This document shows, in pieces, positions 1 to 13,871 of a stretch of 64,000 nucleotides of DNA. The DNA is from Camelus ferus. Its lineage: Eukaryota. The notes under the pieces are model-generated. The model worked only from the letters and a program-made list of their open reading frames with translations. It was not told the origin of the DNA and searched no databases. Within the stretch, counting starts at the first letter, position 1, and every line of letters starts with the position of its first letter. The translations under genes were made by a program, and so were the position numbers. The stretch covers positions 26,290,001 through 26,354,000 of the forward strand of contig NC_045697.1 of the NCBI RefSeq assembly GCF_009834535.1. Reading direction: 5' to 3'.

Positions 1-635
1 ATTATAATATTCATTTCTTCATAACTTGGTCTAAAAATAAAATTTTGTGTTTTTCAGACAAAAGCCTTCTGACTGAATGTACATAAATCTATATCAAGCA
101 ACCTGAGAAATGAAAGTTTTCTTTTTAATTAATGTGTCAAGTGCTCATTCTTTCATATATTTAAGATTTTTTCCCTAATTTTATAAACAAACTAGAGAAG
201 CACTTGTCAAAAGAAAAAAATAAATAAATCTGTCATTTGGAAAGAAAGCTTAGGTAAAGTGCTTGAGTGGTTCCCAGTAGAGGGATACGTCATGTTGACC
301 CGCTAGTGGGATGAACTGGACAGAAGATTTTCCTAAAGGGTCCTGAGTATCCTACTCTAAGTTCTACCCTGCATTAATATTGTGGCCATTTTTGATCAAA
401 CAATCATTCTGAGACTCAGTTGCTTCATTTGTACAATGAGGATATTAACCCAGCACTATCTGAAATGCACAATTATTGGAAATCGCCAAGGTCATCATAG
501 ATTAACATGAAGTGTTCTGTGAATCTGAGGTTTTGCTTCTCAGTTTCCTGAGTGATAAAGGACATTTTAATAGATGCTTATGATGGCATATGCTTAACTC
601 ACTTCTTATGCCAATTGTGCTCCCCCCCCAATTAT

Positions 636-866
636 ATTCAGTAGTATGTAGTACCTCAGACATGGTCTCTGGAATCAGGTAGTTTTTGTTAAAGTAAAAG
701 CTCTTAAAAACTATGTAACTTTGGGCAATTTTCTTACTGTACCTGTTTTTCAGTTTCTTTTTATATAAAATGATGTATTAGTAAAGCAATTCTAGGCTCA
801 TTGAGAGGCTTATGCAAGATCATACATATAAAGTGCCTGGAATAGTGCCCAGGACACACTAAGTGG
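636..866 (+). mobile_element. MIR SINE
   Basis: tgtaactttgggcaatt...cagtttc...taaaatg core and aagtgcctggaatagtgcccaggacac tail. Confidence 0.7.
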
Positions 867-2814
867 CTGAGAGATCTTCGCTGTTAATACCAGGCCACTG
901 TGTTTTCATTCTGTGATCTGGCCCAGGACAAGAGTTTACCAGCAGAGATACGAACAGAGGAGTAATTCGAACCATTCAAATCTCCATTTTTCTCTCTCTC
1001 ACTCCTCCCTCCATTGCACATGCATGTCTGTGTGTCTGTGTTCAAGAATTTAATCTGAGAGGTAGGACAGGTGAAGAGTTGGGAGCTGACACATGTCAAC
1101 ACAGTTCTGGTTGGAAGTTCCAAAAGTTCTGCTATTGAGGTCTCTGAAGCACCTCCCACAAAGAGTAAGATGGCTTAGATTTTTCTTTGGCTTCAGAGGG
1201 ATTCTCCCAGTATGATTAGAATAGTTTCTGTTTGGGGGATTGTTTCTAAGCTAGCTCAGTGAAATTGCTCTCATTTGGAACTAAAAGGAACAATTCATAT
1301 ATACTACATGTGCTATTTAACTGTTTCAATAATTACTGTGTACAGTTCAGGGTACAACATACAGTTACATGGCAGTACTTTTTCCTAAGCTGTTAATTTG
1401 TTCAATTTGGAATAGATACTCCTAAATAGTCTAAGTTAGAATTATAGTCTGCTAAACAAACAATGAAAACCTTCCAGAAAACCAAGCAGAATAATGTTGG
1501 TGAAATATAAGAAAGAAAAAATTAAAAAACAAGATCATACCTTTTAAAATTCATTATGAAGGCAATTAAATTAAAAAATAGCAAATCTCTTAAAATAAAA
1601 GACTCAAAACACCAAAATGGATTTAAAATTTGTTAAAATTTGCACTTGACATTGTATGTTTTGCATGGAAATTTAGTTTTTAAAATTTTTTTTCAGAAAA
1701 AAGGTCTACTTTGATTCAGATAATTTTGTTATAATTTATTGATAATTTATTTTTTATTGAGGCATAATTGTTTTAGTGTTATCCTGATCCTTGTCTATGT
1801 ATGTGATTTTTTAACTATACATTTTCTGGAATACACCCATGAGAAGGGAGATATTGCACTGTGACTGATTTAAGTAGCCATTAGCCAATATTTAAAATAT
1901 GTTACAATGGGTTGATACTTTAAAATTACCTAATTCATCACTATAATTTCATACACAGATTTTCATTTTCACAAAACAGAATTTTATCAAATTAAAACGC
2001 CTATCAATAAAGAAATATGCCTTTTCTAGGCTGAGAAGGCAACTTTTTCTCAGTGGTTGTATGTCTAGTTATTACTCTTTCATAAAATGCATTTGATCAA
2101 AACAAGGATTATGTGTGATTTTCTCTGGGCCAATTCTAAAGAAAGAATCATTGTAAATGTAACTCCATTTTATGCAGGAATGTTTTAAAATAGCTTCATT
2201 TGTTGATAGAAAAAAGAGGTTTTCCTCCCTCATTCTTTAAGATGCATAAAATCTACAAATTTATAAGGAAAAATAATGCCTTTTAGAAAATGATACAAAA
2301 CAAATAGAAAATATCAAGTGACTTCCTTAAATGAAAGCAAGAAACACTGAATCTGGTAGTCTTTGTTCTCCAAAGATACACTTGTTAATTAACTCAAATG
2401 TGCTTAAGAATTGTCTGCTATAAACCAGTGATTGGGCTTCTCCCCAGGCACAGAGGAGGGAAAAGGCACAGTTCCTGCTGTTAAGGCTTCTGAAAGAAGT
2501 GATTTTATAAGACAGCAAAGATCATTATTGACATTGCCAGGAAGGTACCCTACCTAAGAACATCAAGAACTGATATCTAATGGTGGAGAAAGGGATAAAA
2601 CAAAACAAACAGGCAGACAAAATTCCAGTTACTAAAGATAAAAATTTGCAATCTGGTGCCACTGAATATAGGGAGAAATTCTCCTCTATATCCCAGTACT
2701 AAGGCAGCATTGCTTTCTGGCTAAATTCATGATTAAATTAATAATAATTCCAAGTCAGTACCAAAAAAAAAAAAAAAAATTCTAAGTCATTGCCCAGTAG
2801 CTCCATTTTCTTTG

Positions 2815-2940
2815 AAAATATTTATTAAACTAATATTTATCGAATGACTACTGGATGCCAGGAACTGTTCTAGCAATGAGAATTAGCTGTAAACTGAAGA
2901 GTAGAACCTCAGCCTTTATGGAATAAATGTCCTAGTGGAT
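2815..2940 (-). mobile_element. L2 3' end
   Basis: aatatttatcgaatgactactggatgccaggaactgttctag, typical antisense L2 tail. Confidence 0.6.
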
Positions 2941-3717
2941 TTAAGAAATATGTAGCTGATTTTAAAAGACAAAGAGTTTAATACATTTTAACTGTTATCA
3001 CAAATACTTTGAATATTGCTTTGGTTACTACAAATTTTAAATTGCTTATTTTCTACCCCTAATATTGAGGATGTGCATGATCTCTTCTAGGAACTTCTCA
3101 GCAGAGCTTAAGTGACTTACATAAAATGACTTAAATAAAAATGAATTTTAGAACCAATTTACACAATGTTTGAAGAGATTTATGATACCAAAGAAACATT
3201 TCACTTGAAACATTTCATGGAAATATAAGCAGGAAAAAGCAAATATTTTGAAATTCTATTTCTTTGACTGATTCAATCTTTTTCTAAAATACTGTCCTCC
3301 ACAATTGTGTGCATCTATTTATTCTTTGACAAAACTATGTATTACCAATCAGTCCTTAAAAAGTCTCTGCCTTCTAGTTATATTTTCTAATATCTAGAAA
3401 TTCATAAAAGACCAAGTATATATGTTTTTCTCCGCAACTTTTTTTCAAAAATTTAAGATGATATAAGATGAAGAGATAGTTCCTCAGATACAGCAGAATA
3501 TTCCAGCATTTGCACCTTACAACTTAAAAACAATTTGTCAATAACTCAACACCATGCTCTCTAAAGCATTACTTCCAATGACAATCATTCTCTGTGGCCA
3601 GAAAGTGGATTTGAAAATATGGTTGAAAATAGAAATACAGAGATTTCAGCAAGGTCTAATCTCCTGTGCCCTATAAATGCTGACACTCTATTTTGAATAT
3701 TCCTTTGTCACAGGATC

Positions 3718-4084
3718 TATACTCTGGACTGAATGCTTGTGTCCCCGTAACACCCAAATTCATACCCTGAAATCTTAACTTCCAAGGTGATGATGTTTGG
3801 AGCTGGGGCCTTTGAAACGGAATTAGTTTAAGAGGATGAAGCCTTCATGAATGGGATTAGTGACTTTAATCAAAGAGAGAAATGATCTTTCTCTCTGCCA
3901 TGTGAAAATACACCAAGAAGACAGATGTCTGTAAATCAGGAGAAGAGGTCTCACCAGAACCCACCCTGACCAGGCTGGCATCCTGATCTTGGACTTCCAG
4001 CTTCTTAAACTGTTAGAAATAAATTTTTGTTTTAAGACATCCAGTCTATGGTACTTTGTTAAAGCAGCCCAAACTGAGTATGAC
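3718..4084 (+). mobile_element. MaLR solo LTR (MLT1A-like)
   Basis: ggactgaatgcttgtgtcccc...cttggacttccagc...aataaattt...ccagtctatggtactttgttaaagcagccc. Confidence 0.85.
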
Positions 4085-4217
4085 AAGCCCCTTTCCGCTC
4101 TTCTGCTCATATAATTCTTATCAAAACTGCACTTCAGAAGTATACTTAATAATGTATGTTAAAAGCTTGGTTAGACATTCGATTTCGCCTTTAATTATTA
4201 AATGCATGCACCCATCT

Positions 4218-4585
4218 CTTATGGACTGAATTTTGTCCCCTTTCCTTCAAATTCACATGTTGAATTCCTAACACCTAGTACCACAGAATGTGACTGTATT
4301 TGGAGATAAGGTCTTTAAAGAGGTAATTAATTTAAAGTGAGGTCATTACTAGTATCCTTATAAGAAGAGGAAATACGGACATAGATGTGTACAGAGGGGA
4401 CCATGTGAGGACATAGGGAGGAGATGGTTGTCTGTAAGCCAAGGAGAGAGGCCTCAGGAGAGACCAACCCTCTTACACCTTGATCTCAGACTTTGAGTTT
4501 CCAGAACAGTGAGAAAATAAATTTCTACTGTTTAAGCCACCCAGTAGGCGGTACTTTGTTATGGCAGTGCTAGCAACCTAATACA
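4218..4585 (+). mobile_element. MaLR solo LTR (MLT1B-like)
   Basis: tatggactgaattttgtcccc...gaatgtgactgtatttggagataaggtctttaaagaggtaattaa...gttatggcag...taataca. Confidence 0.85.
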
Positions 4586-4839
4586 CTCTCCTTAGGCTGT
4601 TTTGTCCAGTCTGACTGATAGGTTAATCCCTCCTCCTCCGTAGCACTTTCCCTTCAAGCGTGACCAGGATCTCATTTTCTCTCATCTCCACCTAGAACAT
4701 TGCTAATCAGTGACTTTTTTTCTTCTTTCTTCACTGTCTTTCTACTTACACTTTCCTTTCAATTTGCTTAATTTTTCTACTACTATATTTTGATTCTTTC
4801 ATTTATTTCTTTATTATCTTCACATTTCAGATGAGTAAT

Positions 4840-5420
4840 CTATACTTAATAACTTTCTTATCTCCCATTTACCTGTCAACCCAGTGCAGTCAGTATTATA
4901 TAACAGCACTTTGATTTAGTCTTGTTAAGTTCTCCAATGATCTAATGGCCAAATCTAGTGGGTATTGTTTAGTTATTTTATTTTATTTTGCAATTCTGCA
5001 TTCCCTCCTTAAAATCCTCCACTGGGTACCATATTTTCCTTTCATTCTTTAACCAAGTAATCTATTCCCCTCCATAGGCTCTTTATCTTTTAAGTGTTGG
5101 TATTACTCACGTTTATTTCTTTGGCTACTTTCCTTACACTCTTGATATTGCATTCTTAGGTAATCTCAGCCATTATGATGATTTCCCTGATAACCAAGAT
5201 CACTAATATGTTACTGATCCTTCAGTTTCTATCACCTGCTTTCATCTCTCCACTAACCTACCCATTTGTCTGTTAGGTACCTTGTCTACTAGATAGGGAT
5301 TCATCATTTTTTTCCCTTTTAAGCTTGTGCCTGCTCCAGTATTCTCTCTATTGATCAGCAATTCTACCATCATATTAATTTCGCGAATTAGAATACTGGA
5401 AGTCAGTTTCAGTTAACACA
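4840..5420 (+). mobile_element. Degenerate L2 internal fragment
   Basis: ccaatgatctaatggccaaatctagtgg and pyrimidine-rich L2-like blocks. Confidence 0.5.
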
Positions 5421-6473
5421 AGAAATCAGTGCTTGCTTTTTGTTGAATGCATTATCAACAGTATGTGCTTTAACTAAAACTTGTATTGTCTGAGTAGCAT
5501 CCAATGCAAAGCATTAAATGCAGAAGTATCTCAATAAACTCTCATTGGGTAGATTCTTCTTTCCTAAGTTTTCAGGAACATACTATAAAATGTTGTGAGC
5601 ATAACAAGAAAAAGTTAAATTGGGAAGATGATGGAATATTTGACACAACAATTTTAAGCACTCAGAATAACTGAATGATATACATAAAGGCAAGATTATT
5701 TTATTTTTCTCATTTGAAATTTCAAGAGATCTGAATTTTTTTCTGTTACTTTGGGAAGCAGACATCGTATTATGAATCACAAATGCTTATCCTTTCAGTT
5801 TCAGAATATATTATAAAAAGTAGAGAATTTTTTAAATATTTCAAATAACTGCACTGGGCAAATGTAGTTAAGTTCTCTACTTTCACTTTACTTATAGTGG
5901 TATCACCATAAGAAAGGGTGAGATAGCTACACAACACAATTCTACAATGCCTTTACTTTTACAGTTCATGATACACATATTAATATATGTACTAAAATCC
6001 TAGCAAACTTATAAACTTTCAAGTATTTGCTTCTTTAAAATAAAAGAACTTAGTAACTGTTTAATATCAACTAAATATTTTTCAGTTTAATCCTTTTTGT
6101 AGCGTATCCAATATATTTCTATAGCACCTATAGGACCCACTCCTCTTGCTGAGGAAATTCTACAGGCAGTAAACCATGGAACTCGGTGTGGTGGTTGAGC
6201 ACTAAGAATTTCATTAAACTTACTGTTTTATAGGCAGTAATAATCCAGATTATGTCAGATGATACCAAGTAACTTTCTGAGGGATACATTTTCATATACT
6301 GAAACTTAATATGTTAATCACATTCAGAATTTATCATGTATTAATTTATATCCTGGACCCTGTTCTCTATCCCACCTCGTTAGCCCCCTCCCAGTGGTTC
6401 TAGAGAGGGCTGTATATACAGTTATCCAGGCTGTGTAAAGAAAAACCTTTACACAGGAGGAAATATTTAAAAA

Positions 6474-6963
6474 TAAGGGAAGCCAGAATATGTCACCCCA
6501 AAGTATGCCTCTTTAACATAATTATTTTGAGTTGAAGACAATTAAGAAGCAGTAAACAGAGAAAAACCTTCTCCTTTTCTGCCTAAAGGCAGTAAATACA
6601 TCTTCCTTTTACTGGAGACACTTATCAGCCCAGAGATGACACTGGAGGAATCTGCAAACAAACTAACTCTTAGCATCTTAACTAGAAAGATAAGGAAGAT
6701 AAAAACTACCTGGCCCCAGCTGGACTACCCCTAGTCCAAACCTCTCTGTCTCATCAATTCTTCACAAATTTATTCTTTATCTAAAAGATATAAGCTTCCT
6801 GCTCTGGTCACATCTTATGTCTTCATTCTTTTGTGAAGGCTCCCATTTAAAAATTCAATAAAAATTGTATGCTTTTCTCCTGTTAATCTGTCTTTGTCAG
6901 TTTAATTTTCAGATTCAGCCAGGGACCCAGGAAGTATGGAAAAAAATCTTTTCCTCCCCTACA
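6474..6963 (+). mobile_element. ERV1 solo LTR (MER34/MER39-like)
   Basis: gccagaatatgtcaccccaaagtatgcctcttt start; aataaaaattgtatgcttttctcctgttaatctgtc; ends ttcctcccctaca. Confidence 0.8.
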
Positions 6964-7572
6964 AAGACTTTTAAAAAAATTTATACAGAAAAAAAGTGAG
7001 TGCTTTAAGGCATGCATTGGAGCCACGTGGAACAAAGTCCCTGAGCTGGCTCTAGAATGTACTCACTGTATTGACTGATGCAGGCTATTAAAGTTCTTTA
7101 AGGCTATTTCATGACCTGATACATGGATATATTCGTAGTATGTGCTTCACAGATGTGTTTAGAAAATAAACTTAGTAATACCTGTATTTTTGTACAAGGG
7201 AAGGTATAGTTTCATGACAAAACATGGGTAATGTGGAGAAAACGATCCCCAGCAAGAGTAGTTTTGGTTTCTGAGGAGTCTAATGAATATAGCACAGCTT
7301 GCTTTCTCCCTTATGAGTTTGGAAGTACTGAGATATAGATGAAGAAGGTCAACAAGTGGCAAGTGGTCATCAGATTTATTACTAAGAGATTCTGAATTGC
7401 ATGCCAGGGCAAGGTAGGATTTCCACTCCTGAGCTCTAGAATCAGTGGGACAGCTGCATGCTTCCCATCACAGAGAGGAGTAGAGTGTATCTGGGGTTCC
7501 TAGGCAGGCTCCCTCAAAAGAGGAGCTGGGCTTTCTTGGCACAGTTTCTTTTCTTCCAGCTTCCCGTACAAA

Positions 7573-8000
7573 TGTTAGAGGAAAAATTTTTCCTCTACCC
7601 TTCTGGGTTCTCCTGGATGGTCTAAGAATTAAATTAACATGAGACAAATTGACCAGAGGAAATCACATAAGTTTAGAAACATGTATACATGGGAGAGACA
7701 CAGAAAAACTGAGTAACTCATCAAAATGGCCCCAAACCCTCACCTTAAATACCATCTTCAGATAAAGACACAAGAAGATATTAGGGGCAGTGGTTCAGAA
7801 CTTCACAAGGGAGGAAGGCAACTGACATGGAGATGGAAAAGCAAATGTTTGGTATACAAATGTTTACCAGGCCACGCAGAAAAATGGGACACAGAGTGGA
7901 TTCTGATCTTTAGGCCCTGCCTGAAGTTTCCCCCACCAGATCTAGTCCATATTCTTTGCCAATATCTCTGGTGATAGCTCTATTCCAGGAACAGGCCCTC
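7573..8000 (-). mobile_element. Partial ERV1 LTR
   Basis: Begins TGTTAGAGGAAAAATTTTTCCTCTACCC (LTR 3' end in antisense), with ctaagaattaaattaacatgagaca motif. Confidence 0.65.
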
Positions 8001-8009
8001 TGTCCTCCT

Positions 8010-8261
8010 TCAGATCTCATCATTCCACCCTCTGCTTCTATTGTCACTTTTTTTTTTTTTAAACTTTGACCTTCTTTCTTATAAGGACCCTTATGACTGC
8101 ATTTGGGCCAATCTGGATAATTCAGGATAATCTTCCCATTTTAAGATCCTTAGTTTAATCACATCAACAATGTTCCTTTTTGACATGTGAGTTAACATAT
8201 TCACAGGTTTTGGTAATTAAAACGTGGACACCTTTGGGAAGCTATTATTTAGCTTACCACA
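8010..8261 (-). mobile_element. MaLR LTR fragment (MLT1C/D-like 5' half)
   Basis: cttataaggaccc...ggataatc...aagatccttagtttaatcacatc...aacatattcacagg...taccaca. Confidence 0.8.
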
Positions 8262-8489
8262 AGGGCTATCATCTCTTAGGCTTATAAAGATTAAATGAGA
8301 TAATACATGCACACACACACACAAATTGTACCATAGTAAGTCCTCAACTAATACTATTATTTTTAAGAGTCTTGCTGCTCCAGCTGATGGAAACCCTGTA
8401 GAACATAATCTAAACCATATAATTTAACATTTCATTTTCTACTATAATGTAATGGGTGATTGTATTCAATTTGTTTTAGTGTTATCTAG

Positions 8490-8960
8490 TGAGTATCAGC
8501 TACTCCTCTCGGCCACTCAAGATTTTTGAACACTCTTTCATCATTTAGGGAAATTCCTCTCTTTGTGAATTCCTACTGCAGAAATCAGATACTGGTATTT
8601 CTGGGCCCTATTTCAGCTAAGGTGTAGACAAGTGGTCTAGGATTTGCCAATCAGATGGATCCATGGTGAATTTTGAGTCAGAAAATAATAAAATAAAAAT
8701 GGAGCCTCTGTGGGAACCATTTCAATGTGGGTAGTGGCAGCCCCATCTAGAGGAGCAGTAGAAGACCTTTAAGACGATCCAGAGCTACAATTCACAGGGC
8801 TCTCATCCCAAGTCAGTGTTTGGTCCCAGTGGCGGCAGTAGTATCTCCCCTTGAGCAGTGCCAGTGTGATTTGGGGCACTGTTCTCAGTTCCACAGCCCC
8901 CAACCTTGGCTTCCCAGGAAATTATGTAGGCTATCTGATATCTGGCTTAAAACAGATTTA
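8490..8960 (+). mobile_element. Old ERVL LTR (LTR33-like)
   Basis: cagctaaggtgtagacaagtggtctaggatttgccaatcagatg motif. Confidence 0.5.
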
Positions 8961-11900
8961 TGTCTCCCCCACCCCAGCCACTATGTGTCTGAATAGGGCA
9001 CAGATACAAATGCAGACATTTTTATCTTGACTCTGTTATTAAACTGTCTTCTGAAGACAGGGATCCAACATTTTCCTTTATATCCTTGGTGGAGCCTAAG
9101 AAATGATTATATAGAATATGCATGAGAATCAAACACTGAGAGCTTAAAAATAGATAATATTAAATTGCACCCTCTATTGACACAAGTCAACAAATACAAA
9201 CCAAATGATAACAAGGAACTCTAGACAGCAACATCAGAATATGACCAAGTGAAGGGAAGGTTAACAAAATCAGTATAAAGACAGAAGCATCAACCAAAGA
9301 CTCAAAGCCAAGCAAAATTTGACAATTTCTGGTTTTGCAGTAAAGAAATGGGTTTCAAAGTGGTAAAGTAAATGGGCTCCAGAAAGGAAAAAAGCATTAG
9401 TATTCAGATGTGAAGTTCTCTAAAGTCAGAGCTTTCTCTCTTTGTGGCAATCAAACTATGTCTTGGCTGAAGCAACAGAGGTACCATTGAGTGCTCTGGA
9501 CAAAGTGGGTCTACTTGTGCTATTCTGGGAAGTAATCAGCTAAGTGCCATTTCTTACGATGTTATGAGTTAAGAGGTTCAAACTATTGATTTGGGGTAAT
9601 TCAAATTGCACAAAATGAAAGCAAGATTTTTCCCCCCATCTTCACTAAAGCAAAATTTTTTAAAATGTCATTTTAGGTGAAATCATCAAACTGCCTACTT
9701 CCTACTTTGCTGAATGAGTAATGTAGAAGTTTAAATAATATATTTGGTTAAATGTCTGTTTAGGCTTTCATCATACAGAAATGCAAAAATCCTGACATTA
9801 TGTCTCCTTTCTACCACCTAATCCAGATCTTTTCTCTCCCAACTAACCCTGGTCTCTGGTTAATAAGCATACATTGCCTTTAGAAGAGAATTTGAGAATG
9901 TGGTCTGTGCACTGATTAGAATAAAATATGCAACAGACTTGGTTAGAAATATTACTTAAACTTTGAGACAAAAGACTTTTCTTGGAGAATAATGTATTAA
10001 TTGTACCCTGACCAGAATATATAAAAATTTACAAAATTGACCTACCATTAGGCCACAGATTATATCTATAAGTACACATGTGAAATTAGCTTTAAATATC
10101 AGCCTTTCTTTAAGCAGAATGTTGAGTAAAATGCTCTGAAATTAACTATGTTAATGTCTTAATATTGCCATTTTCATTTTTTGTTCTTATGTTTTCCATC
10201 TTCTTTTTTTCCCCTATTGGTTGTCTTCTGCTTCTGTCCATTGGAGAAGAAGGAAGAAAGGAGGAGTGAGGACTTTCAAAGTTTCTGCATTGACCTGTGC
10301 TCAGTAAGTTCTGTTTCCAATAGGGAGTATTTAATCAAATCCTTGTATAAGCCAAAGACATGGACGACTAACTACACAAGGCCTTCATGGGAAAAATAGA
10401 TACAGGTCTGCTTAAGAGCTGAGGAACTTACACTGTTATGAGAATGAATAAATATAAATGTCATTGGGAAAAAGTCACGTCAGAGTCTTGAGAGAATGCC
10501 TTGGGATTATTTGCATGTACAACTCTGGGAGACTTGGCTGAAGAAAGGAGTTGATTAAGGGAGTCTTGGCGTTAGAATTGTTCTCCCTCCTTCCTCTCCC
10601 TCTTTCCTCAATCAGAATATTAGATTACGTATAGGAGAAAGAGAGGAATTATAAGGCATGATAGGGCATGGGGCATTAGAATGCAGGAAGTCAGAGAACC
10701 AAGGGCCCCAAAAGCAGATGAGACTGGGTTAGAATGTTAAACACACTAACTTCCTAGTTAAGAAATTTAGGATAAATAATGTCACCTGTCTATGGCCTTT
10801 TAATATCTATAAAATGAGGATAACAGTAATTGTTTTTTTACGTTATTTAATAGTTAATTTTTAAAATAAGTATATGGAGGGTATTATCTTGCTAAAGAAG
10901 TTAAAATGGTAAAAGACACTTGAATTCAAGCAAATGGTATTGGAACAACTCCCAGTAGATCTTTTATTTCAGCAATCTAGTTTTATTCTTTTCCTTCTCC
11001 AGCAGCTCTTTTGCAATAAAAGTGAGGCCATGAGGCTTATTGCTTGATAAAGAGGGTAGCATCATTGTAGAACATAGAGCAAAGGAATGGACCACATGGA
11101 GAAACACTGAACCACCACAGAGAGGAAGTTAAAAGCCTTTCCTCTTCAGATTATAGACACCTATTGAGAGATGAATAGTGTAGTTTTTAAAAAGGCACTA
11201 GTTAACTGTTTCTCTTTAAGTAGGAGGTTGGAACTCCTGAGGGTGTATTGCAAACCAAGGGATCAAAGGAAGACTTAGATGTTTTTTCAGAAGCAAAACC
11301 TCAGGGTAAGAGGCTAGCTCCTCATTCATTTATCTATTGATCGATCGATTGATCTAGGCTATTTCCCTGGAAAATGCAAATCCCTATCAGAAACCATATG
11401 GTTAGCACGGTGCCGTATCTAAACAGACACAGGGAAGTAGATTAGAAATGGCTGATGGAGGTGTCCATAGAGGTGTAAGTTCCCAACCTCCTCAGGGCCT
11501 GCATAGAATGAAGGGTACCCAGAGCCCCCACAAAAGAACACAATATGGCTGAGAGTGCTATCTGGAGAACTCATCAGAGAGAGAACCACCAAGAGGGATG
11601 AAATGACTCTGAAGTAGAAGGCTTCAGGGTAGATTTTCCTGGGACTGCAGGAGAGTCATTGCCATAACTCAGGGCATATGAATTATCAGTCGGAGCAAAG
11701 GTGGGGCGCCTAGTCAGAGGGAGATGGCTAACTTCCCAATTATTTGGTTTTTATCTCACTTCATCCTACCCTCAACTTGGTTAATATATTTCATATATAG
11801 TTTTATCTTTCTTCCCAATACAATCTTAAATTAATTTTCAGTTAAACTAATTAATGTTCAATTAAGCAAACTTGGAATATAGCGAAAATAATAGCAAACA

Positions 11901-12189
11901 GAATAAATACACCTAGTATGATACATTATCCTCATTTCATGTATACTGTTTCATATACTTAAAAGACCATAATTTCACTAATTTTACACCCCTTTAAAAT
12001 CCCATTTCACGTAATATATTTTGAACATTTGGTCTCTTCCATCTCATTGGCGGAGGGGGGGTTGCCCTTAAGAGGATTTTTTAGGAACCAATGAAAAACA
12101 GGATTTTCAGAGCACATCAATGCTTGGCTTTTCCCTAGAATTTCAGAATCATCTAACCAGGAAGCTAAGAACTTGTTGATTTAAGAATA

Positions 12190-12575
12190 TGTGCTCCATG
12201 TTAGTTTAGGTCAGACATCAAGATTGGATTCACACACAAGGATCATATCAAGAGAGATGCTTTTGTAAAAGAAAATAGGGAGGTATCTGTGAAAAGCTGG
12301 GAGACCCATGTGACTAAGATGCCAGTTTGACATTGCAGAGAGGGAGAAAAGGTTGAGGGAAGTATACTTAACTGCTATACAACGAAGTCCTTGAGTCATT
12401 AGAGAAACCCTGGTTTGCCTTAATATACCTGTCCATCCCTCACCTTCCACCTCATTGGTTGATAGCAGCCAAATGAGAGATATTGCCTATGGGCAAATTA
12501 GACAATAGATTTCAAACCTCAGCTGTTGGACTCTTTCACGTTCTATTCTGGTCAGCCGGGGACAGTCTTATGATT
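12190..12575 (-). mobile_element. Old ERVL LTR (LTR16-like)
   Basis: cagacatcaagattggatt...aaaagctgggagaccc...gatgccagtttgac pattern. Confidence 0.45.
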
Positions 12576-13871
12576 GCCCCTGGTCGTTTATAGGTAAAGA
12601 AAGGGCATTTAAAGTTTTCTCACAGATTTTTATTTACAGAAGTGGCACCAATTCATCTTTGGACCAAACATCCTTTACCTTAGGAAAATCAAAATTAATC
12701 TTTAAGTTGATTGAAGTCATTATTTAAAAATATAACATTTGGCATGCTACAAAAATTTAACAAAGTTGGATCAGGGCTCGTTTCATACTTAAAACTAAGA
12801 GAAAGGTGAGTTTGAAGCCTAGTTCAAACCATCTCTACCCTCATCTTTACATTTCAAAACTTGGTGTACATTTTTAAATGCTCTTAATTAGGTTGGCTTC
12901 CCTACAACTTTATCTCAGATATCATTATTCTTTCCTACATATTTTCTCTACTTTTGGCAGCTTTTCTCTCCTGCTGTCTCAGTTGCTGCTTGTGTTCATG
13001 TATAATTGTAGCTCTTACCTGAAAGTACCTTTTTGGGTCTGTAAAATCTGTTCGGTGTTTCCGCTGCAGTTGAATTCTATTGTTAAGCCATCCAATGCCA
13101 CAAAGCAAAGCTTCCGGGATTCTGCAGCAGAAAGGCATTACGCTGCATTCTTTTGTGTAGGGGTCATTTGCTGCTCTTTCAAAAGGGGTTTTCTAGTGGA
13201 AATAATTATTTGAATCTGGAGAAAGGGCATTTAAATTTCTCACAGATTTCAGTTTATACGAGTAGTAGTACGAGCGTGTATTTTGAGAAAATCATCTTTA
13301 CTTTGGGAAAGTAATTAAACTATCTTTTACTTACAAAAATATTAAAGAAACAATGTCCCATTGTCCTTAGAATAATGTCAAGACTAACCTGAAAGCAGAT
13401 GGTTGAAACTGAAAATACTGAGGGTTTGCTTCAGATATTTAAATGATACATTTAAAATTTTTAAGAATACGTATTTTCCTAAATATGTATTTGGGCTTAA
13501 CTCTCTGATTTTTTTTGGCAATGTAGCTGTTGTTTTAATCCAATTATTTTCTCAAAAAGATTCTGTGAACAGAATATTTCTGGGAGCATTCGTAGGACTG
13601 ATGTTTCATGCTTTATATTACAGGAAGGGCTGGGAACAGAATCTCTACCAGGATGCTGGGGTCTTATTCATGATGCTCTTTTTGAATGAATCTCTCAGTA
13701 TTTAAGAATTCTTTTGTCATATGTTTTGATTTTCCTCTCTTAGCTACTTTTCTGTTTCCAGGGAAGGAAATGCATATTCCCATTGCCAATCATTCTGCAG
13801 TGGGAAACTAAATGGCCCTCGGAAGTGGGAAACAGTAACTTTCCTCTTGCTCTACATCCAAAGTCTGGATC

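Noticed and set aside
884..1159. 91-aa minus-strand ORF in unique sequence
   Set aside because: Non-ATG start, no recognisable homology, partly simple-repeat derived
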